Assembly (NCBI GenBank): GCA_964647565.1
Contig: CAZYIM010000044.1
Coordinates: forward strand, 1 to 17,922
Direction: 5' to 3'
DNA: 17,922 nt
DNA from: an uncultured Methanosarcinales archaeon
GTDB lineage: Archaea > Nanobdellota > Nanobdellia > Woesearchaeales > CAZYIM01
The position numbers and the translations under genes are program-made. Below, one piece after another: positions 15,500-17,922 of this stretch. The first letter of the stretch is position 1. Each line of letters opens with the position of its first letter. The notes under the pieces were generated by a model that made no database searches, was not told the origin of the DNA, and saw only the letters and a program-made list of their open reading frames with translations.

Positions 15500-16528
15500 A
15501 TGGAAGAATTAATCTATAGAATAGACGAAGAAAAACCTGGAAAAAAGGTTAAAATCGACGTCAAGGACAGGAAAATCCTGTCTCTGTTGGCCAACAACTC
15601 CCGAACTCCACTGACTCAGATTGCAAAGAAAGTAGGACTGTCAAGAGATTCTATAAACTACCGAATCAAAAGACTACAGAGACTAAACGTGATCCTTAAA
15701 TTCATGCCCATAATAGACCTAAAGAAGTTCGGCTACTTCACCTACCATGTTTTCTTCTTGCTGGATGAAAGCGATAAGGAAAAGCAAAAAGAGCTGATCG
15801 GTAGTCTAAGAAAAAACAAGTATGTCAAGGACGTTATTGAATATTCAGACAGGTGGGACCTTGAGATAGTGATGGTTGCAAAGAGTATACAGAAATTTGA
15901 TGAGCATATCACAGAGATAGCCTCTCAATTCTCAGACATAGTGTTGGAAAAAAGCAAGCTTGCATTGATAAAAGGCTACAATTCAATACATCTACCCAAC
16001 AAATTCCACATCGACAAGGAGGATCATGTAAATATCGAATATCCTAATGTAGAAGAAGGAAGTATGGACGAAAAGGACATAAAAATCCTTAAGGGCCTTA
16101 GCGAAGATGCAAGGAAATCCACCTATGCGCTAGGCAGAGATGTGGGCCTGTCATCTGATGCAGTCATCTACAGAATAAAGAACATGCAAAAAGAGGGCAT
16201 AATCAGGAAATTCTCAATTTTAGTGAACCTGTCGGCACTAAGCTATCATCTCTTCACATTTGCGATGCAAGTCAAGATGCTTGATCAGAAGAACGACAAT
16301 AAGTTCAGGGAATTTACACTCAAACACCCCAATATCATTCGGGCTGTAAAGACAATGGGAGGCTGGGACTTATTGCTATATATAGCAGCCGAATCACCCA
16401 AGGAGTTCCATAAGACTGTCAAGGAGATCAAGAATGTCTTTGCCAGCATCATCAACAATTACCAGACCTGGGTGGCCTACAAGGAACATTACTACGATCA
16501 CTTCCCAGAGATATTGCATGTGAAATGA
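15500..16528 (+). CDS. Lrp/AsnC family transcriptional regulator with tandem duplication (HTH-RAM-HTH-RAM)
   Basis: Two Lrp HTH signatures, IDVKDRKILSLLANNSRTPLTQIAKKVGLSRDSINYRIKRL and MDEKDIKILKGLSEDARKSTYALGRDVGLSSDAVIYRIKNM. Each is followed by a RAM domain (SDRWDLEI; MGGWDLLL). Start moved from TTG 15437 to ATG 15500 because the promoter lies inside the longer ORF. Confidence 0.92.
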   Translation: MEELIYRIDEEKPGKKVKIDVKDRKILSLLANNSRTPLTQIAKKVGLSRDSINYRIKRLQRLNVILKFMPIIDLKKFGYFTYHVFFLLDESDKEKQKELIGSLRKNKYVKDVIEYSDRWDLEIVMVAKSIQKFDEHITEIASQFSDIVLEKSKLALIKGYNSIHLPNKFHIDKEDHVNIEYPNVEEGSMDEKDIKILKGLSEDARKSTYALGRDVGLSSDAVIYRIKNMQKEGIIRKFSILVNLSALSYHLFTFAMQVKMLDQKNDNKFREFTLKHPNIIRAVKTMGGWDLLLYIAAESPKEFHKTVKEIKNVFASIINNYQTWVAYKEHYYDHFPEILHVK

Positions 16529-16627
16529 TGCTTGCAGATTGATAAGCCTCAATAAACAGGCAAGAGGAGTTAATTTTATCACTTTTTAATAGCAACATTT
16601 AAATAATCTATGTGGTTCTCTCACTAG

Positions 16628-17743
16628 ATGAAACCAAAAAACCTACTTTTAACAGCATATTTATCATTAATAGTTGGAGCAACATCGTTCTTTTCAGGAT
16701 GCGGAAAACAGGACCCATCCCCAACAGTCATAGATCTACCCAGCGAACAGGTTACAGAAACAGTTACTGAAGAACCTGCAATTAAAGAAGAATCCATTAA
16801 AGTTTCCGAATATTCTATCGCTCAAAAGGTCAGGGAGATCCAGGAGATAAACAACCTAAGTCTAGATGATGATATTGGCATGGTAAAAGACGGCAAATAC
16901 CAGCCAGGTAAGGATGGGCTGGTGGATGTCATATATACCAAGCAGAAATTGAAGATCAAAGAAGATAAAACTGAGCCAAGTCTAAAAATTGCCTTTGCCA
17001 ATAATAGGCTAAAAGAAGTACTGAATGATCCAGAGGTTAATGCAAAATGGATTGAGTTTGGAAAGCCCCGGATACAAATTATCGACTATGGGACTACGAA
17101 ATATAGTACAGATGAAGGGGGTATAAACCTACAAGACAAATTGTCCTCCGAAAAGATGAAAGCAATAATCCTATCACAAATGCCGGCACATCATTCAATA
17201 TTATCCAGAGTTAGGGATGGTGAAAAACAGCTGCAAGAAATATTTGAAGAACCAGAGATTAAAAGTTTACTAACTCAATACAAAGGCGGACATCATCATA
17301 GCAACCCCGTGATAGATATATGTAATTACAGCTCTAAAACATTTAGTACAGACTCCTACAATATTTTCCTTGATGAAGCATATAGCAAGGATGAGATGAG
17401 AGAAATATTGCTTGAACAGATTCCAAAAAGATATAACCTAGCACAGGATGAGCTTGCCGCAGAAAGGCGATTGGAGAAAGCATTGGCAGATCCAGAAGTG
17501 AAGAAGCATCTAAGGGAATATGGAAATCCTGAAATTAAGATTGTTAATTTCAGTAGACGTACTACTTATCCAAACCTCGCCGGAATATCTCTTGATGACA
17601 GTTATACGGAAAAAGATATGAAGAGATTAATAATAAGAGACCTCCCACAATATAAAAAAGAATTGGAAGAGTCTGGCTACGTATTGACAAAGGGCGGCGA
17701 CCATCTTTGGAAACTGGCTGAAAAACATCTGACTCCACAGTAA
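16628..17743 (+). CDS. Putative lipoprotein with three ~75-aa internal repeats and split LysM-like segments
   Basis: Basic N-terminus, hydrophobic stretch and lipobox-like FSG|C25; P/T/E linker. Repeats at aa 124-197, 198-277, 278-349. LysM-like pieces at aa 64-110 and 351-368. TATA TTTAAATA at 16598-16605. Confidence 0.75.
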   Translation: MKPKNLLLTAYLSLIVGATSFFSGCGKQDPSPTVIDLPSEQVTETVTEEPAIKEESIKVSEYSIAQKVREIQEINNLSLDDDIGMVKDGKYQPGKDGLVDVIYTKQKLKIKEDKTEPSLKIAFANNRLKEVLNDPEVNAKWIEFGKPRIQIIDYGTTKYSTDEGGINLQDKLSSEKMKAIILSQMPAHHSILSRVRDGEKQLQEIFEEPEIKSLLTQYKGGHHHSNPVIDICNYSSKTFSTDSYNIFLDEAYSKDEMREILLEQIPKRYNLAQDELAAERRLEKALADPEVKKHLREYGNPEIKIVNFSRRTTYPNLAGISLDDSYTEKDMKRLIIRDLPQYKKELEESGYVLTKGGDHLWKLAEKHLTPQ

Positions 17744-17747
17744 GCGA

Positions 17748-17781
17748 TTTCTTATTAATTTTTTATTTTATATATAATTTT
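17748..17781 (+). terminator. T-rich terminator region after the lipoprotein gene
   Basis: Several oligo-T runs start a few nt after the TAA at 17743. Confidence 0.45.
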
Positions 17782-17922
17782 CTGAGAAATATGACGCCAC
17801 CGCCCGGCGTAGAGGCAGAGTAGTAACGCCTAACTATTTCTTTGTATTTTTCTTTTTAGTATATCCTTTTTCATATAAATATTTTTCCCCAAGTTTCGAA
17901 TTGTTTCCGTTTCTCGTGTAAT

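Noticed and set aside
17780..17832. HDV-like ribozyme on the minus strand (GCC-UCUACGC..GGC resembles P3/L3), or fluoride riboswitch on the plus strand
   Set aside because: No G after P1 to form P1.1, and no convincing P2 or J4/2. The 5' GGCGAUGG..CGCC part of the fluoride riboswitch is absent.
17830..17922. 3' end of a minus-strand gene entering from the right edge
   Set aside because: All three minus-strand frames are open for only 16-30 codons here, so the frame and product cannot be determined.
1..17922. CRISPR array, transposase, integrase, rRNA or tRNA genes
   Set aside because: No regularly spaced repeats or recognisable signatures were seen by eye.

Overview
Gene-dense, AT-rich archaeal chromosome segment. 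The genes, BRE/TATA promoters and GGTGA/GGAGG Shine-Dalgarno sites point to a DPANN archaeon, most likely Woesearchaeales (inference). 1-9415 (+) is a type IV pilus (Tad-like) locus: a 5'-truncated Cys-rich surface/pilin-like protein, two minor pilin-like proteins, a winged-helix protein, a 731-aa helical-repeat/Pro-rich protein, a FlaI/CpaF-family ATPase, two TadB/TadC-type platform proteins and a separately promoted class III pilin. 9839-12415 holds the conserved proteasome beta subunit plus aCPSF1 (FttA) pair. It is flanked on both sides by non-coding multibranch stem-loop elements (9529-9664 and 12447-12530). Two tandem paralogous hypothetical genes follow. The accessory-looking remainder has a minus-strand gluzincin metalloprotease, two unannotated small ORFs with strong SD sites separated by a hairpin/U-tract, a 2-TM protein, a divergent tandem-duplicated Lrp/AsnC regulator, and a lipoprotein with three internal repeats bracketed by what looks like a circularly permuted LysM domain. 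Best leads: the split LysM lipoprotein, a 22-23 bp box plus BRE-overlapping inverted repeat shared by the pilin and proteasome promoters, and the nested-hairpin elements. No tRNA, rRNA, CRISPR array or transposase was recognised. All calls are by eye, with no database search.
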